22,078 nt of DNA from Promethearchaeota archaeon (GTDB lineage Archaea > Asgardarchaeota > Odinarchaeia > Odinarchaeales > JBHLKK01): assembly GCA_048939465.1 (NCBI GenBank), contig JBHLPL010000023.1:1-22078 (forward strand), written 5' to 3'. The notes beneath the pieces were generated by a model. The model worked only from the letters and a program-made list of their open reading frames with translations, did no database searches and was not told the origin of the DNA. The position numbers were made by a program, and so were the translations under genes. Shown here piece by piece: positions 6,137 through 16,306 of the stretch (positions within the stretch are counted from its first letter, which is position 1; every line of letters starts with the position of its first letter).

Positions 6137-7357
6137 TTGTTCCTGCTTTCTAAATATCCACACCTGAAAATCGACAAAATGGGAGAACTCAAGATAGGTG
6201 ACCACGCTTTTGGAAGAATAGTCTCAGATCACCAGACACCTGTTTTCGTTTTCGTTGGTGATCGAATTGGTCAGGCCTGCAAGACATTTCTGGGCGCTTT
6301 CAAGAATCATCCTCGAGTACTGGCTTGTTATTCCTATAAGACAAACTACATGCCTGATCTATGCAGAATAATCGCATCGCACGGTATGGGGGCAGAAGTT
6401 GTCTCCGACGTTGAGCTTGAGCTAGCTCTAAGATGTAATGTTTCTCCTGATCAGATAATTCTAAATGGTCCTTACAAGTCTGATAAACTCCTTAAGAAAG
6501 CTATATCTTACGGAGTCAAACTGATTAATATAGACTCATTAAATGAAATTCCGAGAATAAACAGGATCGCCGAGAAGAAAAACGTTAAACAAAACATCGG
6601 AATTACCCTTCGACAGGATGACAAGGCAAAAATCGGCGTTTCGAATTCTGAAAGGACCTTGAGTCTTATGCAAAAAACAATACCAGAAGCCAGGAACATA
6701 ATTCTATCTTGTGTACATTCCCATATGGGAACCCAAATTATCAAGGGAGAGAATTATGAGTCCAATTTTGAAATTGTATTGAGCTTCGTGGAAAGGCTGG
6801 AACAGAAGCTGGACGCCGACATAACTTCGTTAGATCTAGGGGGCGGCTTCCCCGAAATGGCAGTTATCGGAGATCAACTTGAAGGTATAGCCAAGAACAT
6901 AATACGAACAGTCTTGCGCCGAAACAAAGAATATGAATTAATCTTCGAACCTGGCCGATTTATTGTTGGTGATGCGGGTATTCTCCTCTCAAGGATTCAT
7001 TCGATAAAAGATGGTGCTGTCAGATGGGCTCTCCTTGATGCTGGAACGAATGTCCTCTCGAAGATGTCGAAGTCAAACTATCGGTTTTTGATTGCAGATA
7101 AGTTCAGGCAAAGCTACACAATCCCTACGAATATTGGAGGACCCCTCCCCACTAACATCGATGTAATCGCCAAGAACTACCCTCTTCCTGAGGCCATAGC
7201 CGAAGGAGATGTGGTTGCAGTTCTGAATTGTGGAGCCTACACTATCTCTCTGTCTTCTCAATTCTGTCAGCTTAGACCCCCCGTCCTGCTGATTGATGAT
7301 TTCGGAATTAGGGTCATAAAGAAGAAGGAGAATCTAGATGAGGACATTCTGAAATAA
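6137..7357 (+). CDS. PLP-dependent fold-III decarboxylase (diaminopimelate/ornithine/arginine decarboxylase family)
   Basis: YSYKTN (PLP lysine), HSHMGTQ, LDLGGGF, FEPGRFIVG and GAY motifs. Substrate is not determinable from sequence. Confidence 0.85.
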   Translation: MFLLSKYPHLKIDKMGELKIGDHAFGRIVSDHQTPVFVFVGDRIGQACKTFLGAFKNHPRVLACYSYKTNYMPDLCRIIASHGMGAEVVSDVELELALRCNVSPDQIILNGPYKSDKLLKKAISYGVKLINIDSLNEIPRINRIAEKKNVKQNIGITLRQDDKAKIGVSNSERTLSLMQKTIPEARNIILSCVHSHMGTQIIKGENYESNFEIVLSFVERLEQKLDADITSLDLGGGFPEMAVIGDQLEGIAKNIIRTVLRRNKEYELIFEPGRFIVGDAGILLSRIHSIKDGAVRWALLDAGTNVLSKMSKSNYRFLIADKFRQSYTIPTNIGGPLPTNIDVIAKNYPLPEAIAEGDVVAVLNCGAYTISLSSQFCQLRPPVLLIDDFGIRVIKKKENLDEDILK

Positions 7358-8440
7358 CTAGCGCGTGACCTTCGATTCCTTAAATACTTCCAGATACTCT
7401 GCGTGTTTGTCAAAATACTTGCGGCATGGCTCAAGCATTATGGTCAGTTCCTTACCTACTGCGTTCTTTAGGTCTAGTGGGTGTAATCCACCTTTTTTGT
7501 AGAGTTTCTCTAATTCCTCAAAAGTCCAGACCGCTAGGTCTCCGCCGTGTTTTGAAGAACGCCTTATGGTAAATTCCTTTTCGCTGCCTCTGAAAATGAC
7601 ATATTTCAGTATTTCAAGAATCGGATTATCCTCAACCTGTTTTTCAGGGCAAAAAGCCATCTTCATCTTTCTATTAATGCTGCTTGGGCTATCGTGTACG
7701 AATATGCTTGTTTCAGGAATGCTTTTGCTCATTTTTGAGGCAATCTGCTGGTCAATAGAATTATTCTCATCATACCCTCCCATTTTGGTCGGCCCTTGAA
7801 GACCCATAATTAGATGATGATGAAGACTAACGGGTTTGTACCACCTTTTCTTCCCTACCTCCCTGGCCAGTATGTTTGCTTTTCTTTGGTCGATTCCAAG
7901 CTGACAGATATCTATCTTCATATGAAATATATCGGCGACCTGCATGGCTGGATAAATATACTGGGCTGCGCTTTTTAGTTCCCCATTAAGACGTCCCATA
8001 ACTGTTAGGCAGCGAGTCATTCGTTTAACAGTGGTGTCTTTTAATACTAGTATGACTTTCTTCCAGTATTCGGTGTCCTTGACAAGATCACTGGCCCAGA
8101 TTATTTCGATTTTGGATGTATCCAGACCCAAGGATTCCCAGACTTTGATGATGTAACGCCCAACAGCTCTGATCTTCTCTAAATCTCCACCCATCTTTTC
8201 ATTTATCCACGCATGCCAGTCCGCCAGAAGTATCTTGAACTTGACTCCCGCCTCGACCAAATCACCTATTTTTTGGGCTCTCATCAAGCCTGTGGCAATA
8301 TTGGCGTATCCTGATGGTTCAAAGCCATCATATGCAACAGGACATTCATTCGTTTCAAGCAATTCCCTGAGTTCCTTAGCTGTAATTATCTCCTCAATCG
8401 GTATTCTGGTAATCAACTCAATTCGTTTCTCGAGATCCAA
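7358..8440 (-). CDS. tyrS: Tyrosine--tRNA ligase (archaeal type)
   Basis: AYDGFEPSG, LADWHAWIN, YPAMQVADI, GIDQRK, KMSKS and LHPLDLK motifs. Likely TTG start at 8440 after SD GAGGTG. Confidence 0.92.
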   Translation of the reverse strand: MDLEKRIELITRIPIEEIITAKELRELLETNECPVAYDGFEPSGYANIATGLMRAQKIGDLVEAGVKFKILLADWHAWINEKMGGDLEKIRAVGRYIIKVWESLGLDTSKIEIIWASDLVKDTEYWKKVILVLKDTTVKRMTRCLTVMGRLNGELKSAAQYIYPAMQVADIFHMKIDICQLGIDQRKANILAREVGKKRWYKPVSLHHHLIMGLQGPTKMGGYDENNSIDQQIASKMSKSIPETSIFVHDSPSSINRKMKMAFCPEKQVEDNPILEILKYVIFRGSEKEFTIRRSSKHGGDLAVWTFEELEKLYKKGGLHPLDLKNAVGKELTIMLEPCRKYFDKHAEYLEVFKESKVTR

Positions 8441-8743
8441 ATGGTACCACCTCATTGATTCGTCGGCAAATACGCTTCAGCGGATATTTCATCACTGATT
8501 ATTGAAAGGAAATGCAACATCGATTTTAAATTTTGCTCCAAAGTCTTTTAACTAACGTCTAACCATCTAAGTCAGCAGATTAGTCATTTGTAACATTAAA
8601 AATATCTTGGAGACTGTGCAATCTACCGCTAAAGGGCTTGGATGTAAACTTATCACCCCTCGCAGAAGGAGCTAATGACTGTGCTTGTCCGCAGTCCCCT
8701 TCCTCTCCACCATTCAGGACGAAGTTTCATCGAAGTGGTTTAG

Positions 8744-9169
8744 ATGAAAAAGCCTGCTAATAAAACATCAGAGATGGTTGAACGTCTCGAAGAGGTTCTG
8801 CTGGAGATTGACAATTTGTCCAAAAGTTTCCCCATCGTGGTTGAAGGCAAAAAAGATGAACAGGCATTAAGGAAATTGGGCATAAATGGCACCATTATTC
8901 GTCTTTCTGGAAGGAGGCTATTTGAGGTGGCTGATACGATGGTTAGTTTCAAAAAAGTCGTGATTCTCACAGATTTCGATAATAGAGGAGAGAGAATAGC
9001 ACATCAGCTATCAAGACACCTGGAGGAAAGAGGAATCCACCCAATTATGAACTGTCGAATTAGGATATTGAACGTCACCGAGGGAAGAATCCGACAGATT
9101 GAAGGATTAAACCGTTTTGTTCGCAATCTAAGAAGAAAAAGCCATTCTTCGAATAGTAATTCATCTTAA
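8744..9169 (+). CDS. Small Toprim-domain protein
   Basis: IVVEGKKD...VVILTDFDNRG Toprim signature; upstream of dnaG. Confidence 0.85.
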   Translation: MKKPANKTSEMVERLEEVLLEIDNLSKSFPIVVEGKKDEQALRKLGINGTIIRLSGRRLFEVADTMVSFKKVVILTDFDNRGERIAHQLSRHLEERGIHPIMNCRIRILNVTEGRIRQIEGLNRFVRNLRRKSHSSNSNSS

Positions 9170-9300
9170 TTCAAGTTATAATAAGTCTTTTAAAGAAAAG
9201 TTTTTTTAAGTGGCATGAACTGATTTCTATAGCATCGAACTTACCATTTCATGCTTTGTAAGAAGTCTGAGTTGGTTACAATTAATAGGAGGTAAATACT

Positions 9301-10533
9301 TTGACTGATCGAGATGATTTCGCAACAACAAAGTACATAATACATATATCAATTGATGTTGATGGTGTAGTTGAAAGGCCGGATGTTGTTGGAGCAATAT
9401 TCGGGCAGACTGAAGGCCTTCTTGGTGGAGAACTTGACCTGAGGGAACTTCAAAAGACTGGAAGAATTGGAAGAATAGGGGTAAACCTTGATACAAAAGG
9501 AGGAAAAGTCGCTGGAAACATAATCATTCCGTCGAGCCTTGATCGTGCGGAAACTGCGATACTGGCAGCCGCCATCGAGGTTATTGATCGAGTAGGTCCA
9601 TGCACAGCAAGGTTAAAACTAACTAAGATTGAGGACATTAGAGAATCTAAAAGAGAGAAGATAATTAACAGAGCAGTAGGCATCTTGAGAGAATGGAATG
9701 AAAAAGTAGCTCCGGAAAGTCAGGAGATTACAGACGCTGTTCTGAATGCCGCTCAAGTCGGAGCAATAGCCAAATACGGTCCCGAGGGGTTACCTGCAGG
9801 CCCATCAATAGACGAATCTGATTCAATAATCATCTTGGAGGGACGTGCAGATGTGCTCAACTTGCTCCGCCACGGTTTCAAGAACTTGATTGCAGTTGAG
9901 GGCACAAACATTCCGAACTCGATAATAGAATTGAGCAGAAGAAAAACAACAACTGCTTTTATGGATGGCGATCGGGGCGGTGAGCTGATACTAAAGGAAT
10001 TGCTTGAAGTGGCAGAAATTGACTATGTTTCGCGGGCCCCGCCTGAGAAGGATGTAGAAGATCTGAGCAGAAAAGAGATAATAAAGTGCTTAAGGAACAA
10101 GGTACCTGTGGAGCAATACGCTCACTTGGAGAAGCCAAAGCGAGAAAAGCCTAAGATAGAAAAGATGAAGCCAAGAAAGGAGAAGAGGTACGTTCTTGTG
10201 GAAAAACCGGAGAACGCCCGTGCCAAGGTACCTAAGACCACTGTACCGAAGGAATTCAGCAAACATGTGGGAGATGTCCGGGAGAAGCTGGAAGCAATTA
10301 TACTTGATAAGAATGCCAAAGTACTAAAAAGAACAAGTGTTGGTGAGCTTGCAGAAATCCTTTCGACGACAGACAATGCGGACGCAGTGGTTTTTGACGG
10401 CATAATTACTCAAAGACTCATTGACATCGCATTTGAAAAGGGGGTAAGGAGCCTAGTAGGTGCTCGAATAGGCAAAATCCAGAAGAAACCAGTAAAAGTA
10501 TCTGTATCCACGTTTGCGGAGATTAACGGCTAA
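9301..10533 (+). CDS. dnaG: Archaeal DnaG (primase-like, exosome-associated)
   Basis: KYIIHISIDVDGVVERPDVVGAIFGQTEGLLG and the Toprim motifs EGRADV and DGDRGG. TTG start after SD GGAGGT. Confidence 0.95.
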   Translation: MTDRDDFATTKYIIHISIDVDGVVERPDVVGAIFGQTEGLLGGELDLRELQKTGRIGRIGVNLDTKGGKVAGNIIIPSSLDRAETAILAAAIEVIDRVGPCTARLKLTKIEDIRESKREKIINRAVGILREWNEKVAPESQEITDAVLNAAQVGAIAKYGPEGLPAGPSIDESDSIIILEGRADVLNLLRHGFKNLIAVEGTNIPNSIIELSRRKTTTAFMDGDRGGELILKELLEVAEIDYVSRAPPEKDVEDLSRKEIIKCLRNKVPVEQYAHLEKPKREKPKIEKMKPRKEKRYVLVEKPENARAKVPKTTVPKEFSKHVGDVREKLEAIILDKNAKVLKRTSVGELAEILSTTDNADAVVFDGIITQRLIDIAFEKGVRSLVGARIGKIQKKPVKVSVSTFAEING

Positions 10534-10917
10534 TTCCCGCCTTAAAAGACTCAATAGCGGTCATCGGCATTGAAAGACGAGTTCAAGTCATGGAAATCTG
10601 AAGACGCAAACCAGAATTGATATAACGACCCGAGCCAAGAAAGAATGTACGAGAATACACTTCGATATCACGATGGAAGAGCTGTCTGACAACACAGGCC
10701 GAAAGCAATCTTGAGTGACTATTATCCGATATTTAATGAAAGGCTATCGTACTCATCTAGCCTGAAAGCAAGATTCTAACTGGAAGCAAAGGGAAAAGCT
10801 CAAGTCTTGGAACTCGGTGAAATCTCTTTCATATCCCCTGAGGGATTGCCAGAAGAAAGAGATGATTTGACGATTCGCTTAACTAGTTAATCTTATTAAT
10901 ATGCTTGTCATCTATAG

Positions 10918-11574
10918 GTGGCGGAGGCCAAGAGAGTGCCGGAAATAATCGCTGGAACCAAAGCAACAAGAATGGAACTACTGGCGCTGAAGAAGCGCAT
11001 AGAGCTGGCGAAGAAAGGGCACGATCTTTTGAAAGAGAAAAGAGATGCGGTAATCATGGAGTTCTTTGATATCGTTGAAAGTGCCCGCAAAGTAAGAGAT
11101 AATACACTGAATCTTTTGAGAGAAGCTTTTACGGCACTTACTGAGGCAAAGATGCTCATGGGACCGTTGCAGCTGGATGAACTTGCCCTGACGACTCCCG
11201 CAAATGTTGAGCTGGAAATCGAAAGTCGTAACATTATGGGCGTTTCAATACCTATTTTGCAAACCAAGGAAACAAGGACCTCCAAAAGGCTTTTCAGTCT
11301 CCTAGGTACATCCGCCAAGCTGGATGATGCAGTAGAGAAGTTTAAGGCGGCCTTGACACACATTATTAAATTGGCCGAAGTTGAGGCTAGCCTAAAGAGA
11401 ATGGCTGAGGAGATAGAAAGGACTAAACGCCGTGTCAACGCACTGAAGGCCATAGTCATCCCAAGGATTGAGAATACGATACGCTATATTTCACTGCACC
11501 TAGAAGAAAGAGAAAGGGAAGATTTTTCAAGGCTCAAATTCATAAAACGGAAGCTAGAGAAGTCGAAAACTTGA
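10918..11574 (+). CDS. atpD: A/V-type ATP synthase subunit D
   Basis: ATRMELLALKKRI..A.KGHDLLKEKRDA, SRNIMGV.IP and EIERTKRRVNAL motifs. GTG start. Confidence 0.93.
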   Translation: MAEAKRVPEIIAGTKATRMELLALKKRIELAKKGHDLLKEKRDAVIMEFFDIVESARKVRDNTLNLLREAFTALTEAKMLMGPLQLDELALTTPANVELEIESRNIMGVSIPILQTKETRTSKRLFSLLGTSAKLDDAVEKFKAALTHIIKLAEVEASLKRMAEEIERTKRRVNALKAIVIPRIENTIRYISLHLEEREREDFSRLKFIKRKLEKSKT

Positions 11575-11582
11575 TCCGATTT

Positions 11583-11975
11583 CTATCCTTTGGTCGATTT
11601 AAGAGAGAGAATAGCTTGCGCCAGGTCACCACCCGCCGCTGCTAATGCCGCTTTGGCCTCTTCAACGCCGGCTCCGGTCTGCTGTGCCACCAGCCGAATG
11701 TCCTCCTCAGGAATCTCAACATGCTTAGTCTCTTCGGCCGACTCTTCTTCTGCCTTTCCAGAGTATGGTCGCTCACTAACACTTCCGCTTATCTGAAAGA
11801 TCTTATGTCCCTTCGTGTCTGTAATGAAGACCTGAGGGTTGGATATCAGAATCTCCTTATTTGGCAATCTAATAATCACCTCTTCTGCAGTATCAAGGGT
11901 TTCTAGCCTTAGGCCCATTTTTCGCATAGCCTTTTCCATATCCCGAGGTCGCATCTTTCTCCTAATTCTACTCAT
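11583..11975 (-). CDS. nac: Nascent polypeptide-associated complex protein (archaeal NAC)
   Basis: NAC domain (MRKMGL...EEVII...I.NPQV) plus C-terminal UBA-like EDIRLVAQQTG...GDLAQAILSL. Confidence 0.92.
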   Translation of the reverse strand: MSRIRRKMRPRDMEKAMRKMGLRLETLDTAEEVIIRLPNKEILISNPQVFITDTKGHKIFQISGSVSERPYSGKAEEESAEETKHVEIPEEDIRLVAQQTGAGVEEAKAALAAAGGDLAQAILSLKSTKG

Positions 11976-12453
11976 CCTCCTTTATGCCCCTTCTAACTTT
12001 AACAGCAACTCCTCGCTTAAATACAATCATCTCTTCACCATTAAGAAGAGCTTTACCAACAGCTAAAATCCTATCGGTTCCGTCCACCACGATGACTTCC
12101 GCAGCGGGTCTAATATCGGGGTCGGCCTCAACCACATGCTTTGCAAATACATTTCTTCCTTCTGAAATAAATTCCGTCACTTCATTAGAAATTACCACTC
12201 TGAATCTGGGTCTTGGTATCTGCTTCATGATTCGTTTCGCACCGGCCAGAGTAAGGGCTAAATACCCGTCCTTTGGACGAAGTGTTGCTATGAGTTCATT
12301 GTTGACATATATATGCCTTATTCGCCCTGTCGTCGGTGATCTTGTGACTGTCAAATCTTCCGGAAAAAGGATATGCCCGATTTTTGGACCAAATTGATAG
12401 TTTGCAACTCCCCGTAATACTCTGAGGGCGAATGAATCGCACTTCTCATGCAT
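11968..12453 (-). CDS. PUA-domain protein (resembles the C-terminal part of archaeosine tRNA-ribosyltransferase)
   Basis: YQFG, S.TTGRIR.I, TLR..DG, and GRNVFAKHVVEADPDIRP..EVIVVD...AVGKA PUA motifs. Confidence 0.85.
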   Translation of the reverse strand: MHEKCDSFALRVLRGVANYQFGPKIGHILFPEDLTVTRSPTTGRIRHIYVNNELIATLRPKDGYLALTLAGAKRIMKQIPRPRFRVVISNEVTEFISEGRNVFAKHVVEADPDIRPAAEVIVVDGTDRILAVGKALLNGEEMIVFKRGVAVKVRRGIKEDE

Positions 12454-12478
12454 AATTGCTCACAAATAGATATTCTTC

Positions 12479-13669
12479 TTAGCCGTATATCTCGTGGTGT
12501 TCTTTTTGATCCTCGGCTCCCCCGAGGATTTTCTCTACGGCTTTTTCGAAGTCATCTTGGTTCACTTCGCTTTTCAGCTGGCGAATGGCAAACATACCTG
12601 CTTCCGTACACATTGCCTTAATGTCGGCTCCAGTTGATCCTTCTGTCATGCTAACCAGCTTTTCAAAATCAACGTTGGATAGACTCATCTTCTTAGTATG
12701 GATTTCAAAAATCTCTTTTCTTGCTTCTTTAATGGGTACGGGGAATTCGATTATGCGGTCGAATCTTCCGGGGCGGAGTAATGCCGGATCAAGTATATCG
12801 GGTCTGTTTGTCGCAGCAATTATTCGTACGTCTCCTCTGGAATCAAACCCATCCAGCACACTCAGTAACTGCATGAGCGTCCTTTGAACTTCCCTATCAC
12901 CGCTTGTTGCTATATCAAGCCTTCTGCTGCCTATTGCATCTAATTCATCAATAAACACAATTGCCGGAGATTTCTCTCGCGCCATATTGAAGACTTCTCG
13001 GACTAGCCTTGCCCCTTCACCAATAAACTTCTGAACTAATTCTGAGCCAATGATCCTTATGAACGCAGTCTTGGTCTCATGGGCGACCGCTCTGGCAACA
13101 AGGGTCTTCCCTGTCCCAGGAAGACCGCAAAGCAAAACACCCTTGGGGGCTTCTATCCCAATCTTATCAAAAAGCTCTGGGTGAAGGAGTGGAAGTTCAA
13201 CCGCCTCACGGACCTCCCTGATTTGATCTTCTAGGCCACCAATATCTCCATAGGCTACCTCTGGCGCTTCCTCTACTTCCATACCTTTGACTAATGGATC
13301 CCTTGTGGGCGGAAGAATCTCTACAAGCGAAAAAGTCCTCTGATTTAAAGCTACGCGGACTCCCGGAGCCAGCTTATCCTTAGGAACACTTGAAGTAACG
13401 TGAACTATGAACTGAGGACCAGCAGAGCTTTTGACCGCCGCCCGACCATCACTTAGCACGTCAACTACTGTTGCGGCAATTAAAGGGGGTTGCCTCATTC
13501 GGTCCAGTTCAACCTTTATCGAGTGTACTTCACGTTCCAGCCGAACTCTTTCAGCATCTAGAAGCTGTTTCTCCGTTTCAAGAGATCGGACCTTCCTTTC
13601 GAGATGCCTTGTATATGTGACAAGGTACGTCTCTTCATAGTCCTTCTTTGATTCTGTGGAGTCCGTCAA
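12479..13669 (-). CDS. pan: Proteasome-activating nucleotidase
   Basis: N-terminal coiled coil, QPPL, OB fold, Walker [15 protein letters not shown], Walker [16 protein letters not shown]-terminal HbYX (IYG). TTG start after GGAGG. Confidence 0.96.
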   Translation of the reverse strand: MTDSTESKKDYEETYLVTYTRHLERKVRSLETEKQLLDAERVRLEREVHSIKVELDRMRQPPLIAATVVDVLSDGRAAVKSSAGPQFIVHVTSSVPKDKLAPGVRVALNQRTFSLVEILPPTRDPLVKGMEVEEAPEVAYGDIGGLEDQIREVREAVELPLLHPELFDKIGIEAPKGVLLCGLPGTGKTLVARAVAHETKTAFIRIIGSELVQKFIGEGARLVREVFNMAREKSPAIVFIDELDAIGSRRLDIATSGDREVQRTLMQLLSVLDGFDSRGDVRIIAATNRPDILDPALLRPGRFDRIIEFPVPIKEARKEIFEIHTKKMSLSNVDFEKLVSMTEGSTGADIKAMCTEAGMFAIRQLKSEVNQDDFEKAVEKILGGAEDQKEHHEIYG

Positions 13670-13877
13670 GAGCCATCCTCCAGGGTTTTTATTAATGGAA
13701 TGTGAAACATCAATATTAAGCTTTACTGTGGTCTCTTTTTTTCGTCACTATCATAAGTATGAGGGATCAAATTATTAATTATTGCGCCTATATGGTTCTT
13801 AATCAAAGGCCTAGTAGGGATTAAAAACAAAAACAAAGAAATAGAGTATCGTAGCCCAATATTGAGAGGGAGAATCT

Positions 13878-14390
13878 TTGCAATGTGAGATATGTGGCCA
13901 AACCATACAGGCGCCCAAATATGTGCTGGTTGAAGGAGCTAGGCTTATTGTATGTGCCAATTGCGCACGATTTGGTAGTCCGATAAAGCCTCCTTTTCTT
14001 GGTCCCAAGCAAAAGAAGATAAAGACCGTGAAATCAAAAACTCTTGCTAGAAGGAAATCTGTCAAAAGACCTGCAAAAGAACAGACAGGATTTGAACTGG
14101 TTGGAGATTTTGCAGTCCGAGTTAAAACTGCAAGAGAGAAACTCGGTTGGAAACAGGAAGACCTCGGCAGGATGATCAAAGAGAAGGTCTCTACAATAAG
14201 CAAGATAGAAACAGGGAAATTCAGACCCACAGAAAAGATTCTTAGAAAACTAGAAAAAGCTCTGGAAATAGCTCTGCATGAATCCCCCCCAATAATGACC
14301 GAGGACGCGAGCATAAAAACACACAGATCGCATGAACTCACGTTGGGAGATGTGATTATTGTCAAAGAGCGAAAAAAGAAATCAACATGA
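13878..14390 (+). CDS. mbf1: Archaeal multiprotein bridging factor 1 (Zn ribbon plus HTH)
   Basis: CEICG...VCANC Zn ribbon, HTH AREKLGWKQEDL...KIETG, LTLGD. Divergent from pan. Confidence 0.92.
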   Translation: MQCEICGQTIQAPKYVLVEGARLIVCANCARFGSPIKPPFLGPKQKKIKTVKSKTLARRKSVKRPAKEQTGFELVGDFAVRVKTAREKLGWKQEDLGRMIKEKVSTISKIETGKFRPTEKILRKLEKALEIALHESPPIMTEDASIKTHRSHELTLGDVIIVKERKKKST

Positions 14391-14416
14391 ATTCTCCTAA
14401 TCGGCAGAAGGAGTTC

Positions 14417-14938
14417 TCAGGAAGTTCTTAAGACTCTCTTTCCCCTTCTTGTTGGGATTACTCTGATTTTGGCATTCTTGAAAACCTTATCCAGTTCCCT
14501 CCCCTCAAAAAAGTGGTCGAGAATGCATGCTAGACTGGCGATCTCAGAATGAGGTTGGTTGGTCACCGATATGTTCCAGTCTGCGATGTGGTATACGTCA
14601 TAAGGAACCTTTGACGACCCGACAACAATAATCAGGCTATCCTCACAATTCCGAATTTCGTCAATCTTTTCTCTGAGTGGCATTCCGTACATGGTCAGAT
14701 GTATAATCTTGCCTTTCCACTCTTTGAGGATTCTCTTCCAGTTTCTCTCATATTCAACCTTGAATTCTCCTCCCCAATCCTCCACAACTTGCCTAACAGA
14801 ATTGATTAGGTTCTCATCTTTGTCTCCACTTAAGATTCCAAAATCGGCACCAAATGCTCTGGCGACCAGAAAGACGTGAGATGTTGTTCGTTTGTCACGG
14901 TACATCCTATGACCTAGCCTCATGACCCCTATTTCCAT
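14417..14938 (-). CDS. trm56: tRNA (cytidine(56)-2'-O)-methyltransferase (SPOUT)
   Basis: RLGHR..RDKRTTSHV.LVARAFGA, HLTMYG, VVGSSKVP and NQPHSEIA motifs. Likely ATG at 14938. Confidence 0.93.
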   Translation of the reverse strand: MEIGVMRLGHRMYRDKRTTSHVFLVARAFGADFGILSGDKDENLINSVRQVVEDWGGEFKVEYERNWKRILKEWKGKIIHLTMYGMPLREKIDEIRNCEDSLIIVVGSSKVPYDVYHIADWNISVTNQPHSEIASLACILDHFFEGRELDKVFKNAKIRVIPTRRGKRVLRTS

Positions 14939-15014
14939 AATATCCCCTCTTATTGTATATTTTTCGCTGAAAAACCTAAAAAACATTCCTTAAAGGCGGA
15001 AACATTTTTTAATA

Positions 15015-15034
15015 AATTTACATATATATATATC
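15015..15034. promoter_or_regulatory. AT-rich divergent promoter (trm56/tfe) with a short (AT)n tract
   Basis: aatttacatatatatatatc between divergent genes; the symmetric TATA could serve both strands. Confidence 0.45.
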
Positions 15035-15089
15035 AAACACCATCGGTGGAAGCATACGTTTACCAATGTAGTGCGGGGAGGATTAGCAG

Positions 15090-15632
15090 TTGTCAGACAA
15101 AACGCAAGACGAGACGCTTAACCTGATAATCGGAGAGCTCGAAAACAAGCTGGACAATAAAACCGCAGAAATGCTCGACAACAATACAAGCACTGACATC
15201 CTCAATATCCTTAATCGTGCACAGGAAGTAACCGACGAGGAGCTTGCTGAGAAATCTGGAATGCGACTCAATGTCGTAAGAAAGATATTGTATAAACTGT
15301 ATGATAATCGACTGGCATCATATAGGCGAGTCCGTGACAAGAATACCGGATGGTTTATCTATTTTTGGAAACTGAATCCTGAACGAATATTCACGCTCGT
15401 AAGAAAAAAGAAAACACTTGTTTTGAAGCACCTGAAAGAACGCCTTGCTTATGAAAAAGAAAACACATTCTATCAGTGCAAAGAGGATAACAATTCCCGC
15501 TTTACTTTTGATGAGGCCATGGAGATCACATTTCGTTGTCCCAAATGCGGTAACCCCTTGAAACATCAGAAGAACACAAGAATGATTAGAGTTCTGCAGA
15601 ATCAGATCAAGAAGCTTGAAAGAGATTTGTAA
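15090..15632 (+). CDS. tfe: Transcription factor E (TFE alpha)
   Basis: TDEELAEKSGMRLNVVRKILYKLY, RDKNTGWFIYFW, and Zn ribbon C...FDEAME..F.CP.CG. Confidence 0.94.
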   Translation: MSDKTQDETLNLIIGELENKLDNKTAEMLDNNTSTDILNILNRAQEVTDEELAEKSGMRLNVVRKILYKLYDNRLASYRRVRDKNTGWFIYFWKLNPERIFTLVRKKKTLVLKHLKERLAYEKENTFYQCKEDNNSRFTFDEAMEITFRCPKCGNPLKHQKNTRMIRVLQNQIKKLERDL

Positions 15633-15668
15633 GGCATCGTCCTCTCTGAGGCTATTTTTTAGGATAGA

Positions 15669-16208
15669 TTAAGATTCACCCATCAATTTCTTGATGAATC
15701 TTTCGATCTTTTTTGCATATCTTAAAGACTTGACGATCTCAGGCGTCTTACCATACTTCTGTATCCAATAAGCAAATCTTTCCTCCAGCGTTACATATAC
15801 GCTTCCTTTTGTCAATTTATCCGCATAACAGCATATCTTTTCCTCGACAGTCTTGGGGCGAAAATCTCCAAGCGGAAATCCTAAGTTCTTGCCTTCCCTT
15901 CGAGAGATACCGCCTAATACATGAGTCTCCACAATACGTGCGACCTCTTCACAGATTCCTAGTTCCCTCAGGATCTGGCCGCCTGCTACCCCGTGAAGTA
16001 TGCCGTTAGTCCTTATCCTGCCAATGTCATGGAGTAGTGCGCCTGCCTCAAGAATTGATAGATTAACTCTATGTCCATTACTCTCAATCATTCTGGCCAT
16101 CTTTAAGCTCTTTTCGCAAACAGCGATAGAATGCTTAATAATACTCTTCGAAACATTCAATTGTCGCAGAATGCGCAGAGCTTCTGTTCTGGATGGTGGG
16201 GATTTCAT
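15669..16208 (-). CDS. HD-domain protein (TIGR00295-like)
   Basis: HS..V, GALLHDIGR, HG..G, IVETHV.GG and EEKICCYAD motifs; typical neighbour of tfe. Confidence 0.88.
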   Translation of the reverse strand: MKSPPSRTEALRILRQLNVSKSIIKHSIAVCEKSLKMARMIESNGHRVNLSILEAGALLHDIGRIRTNGILHGVAGGQILRELGICEEVARIVETHVLGGISRREGKNLGFPLGDFRPKTVEEKICCYADKLTKGSVYVTLEERFAYWIQKYGKTPEIVKSLRYAKKIERFIKKLMGES

Positions 16209-16306
16209 AAAAGAACAACATGGGGATTTTGTTTATAAAGGTTGAATCCTTTGGCTCTATTCTCGCAGCAGACTTGTGGCCTCACTGGATTAACCCTCTT
16301 AGGCTC

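Noticed and set aside
9213-9253. Inverted repeat GCATGAA...TTCATGC upstream of dnaG
   Set aside because: A 7-bp stem with a long loop could be chance; no supporting context.
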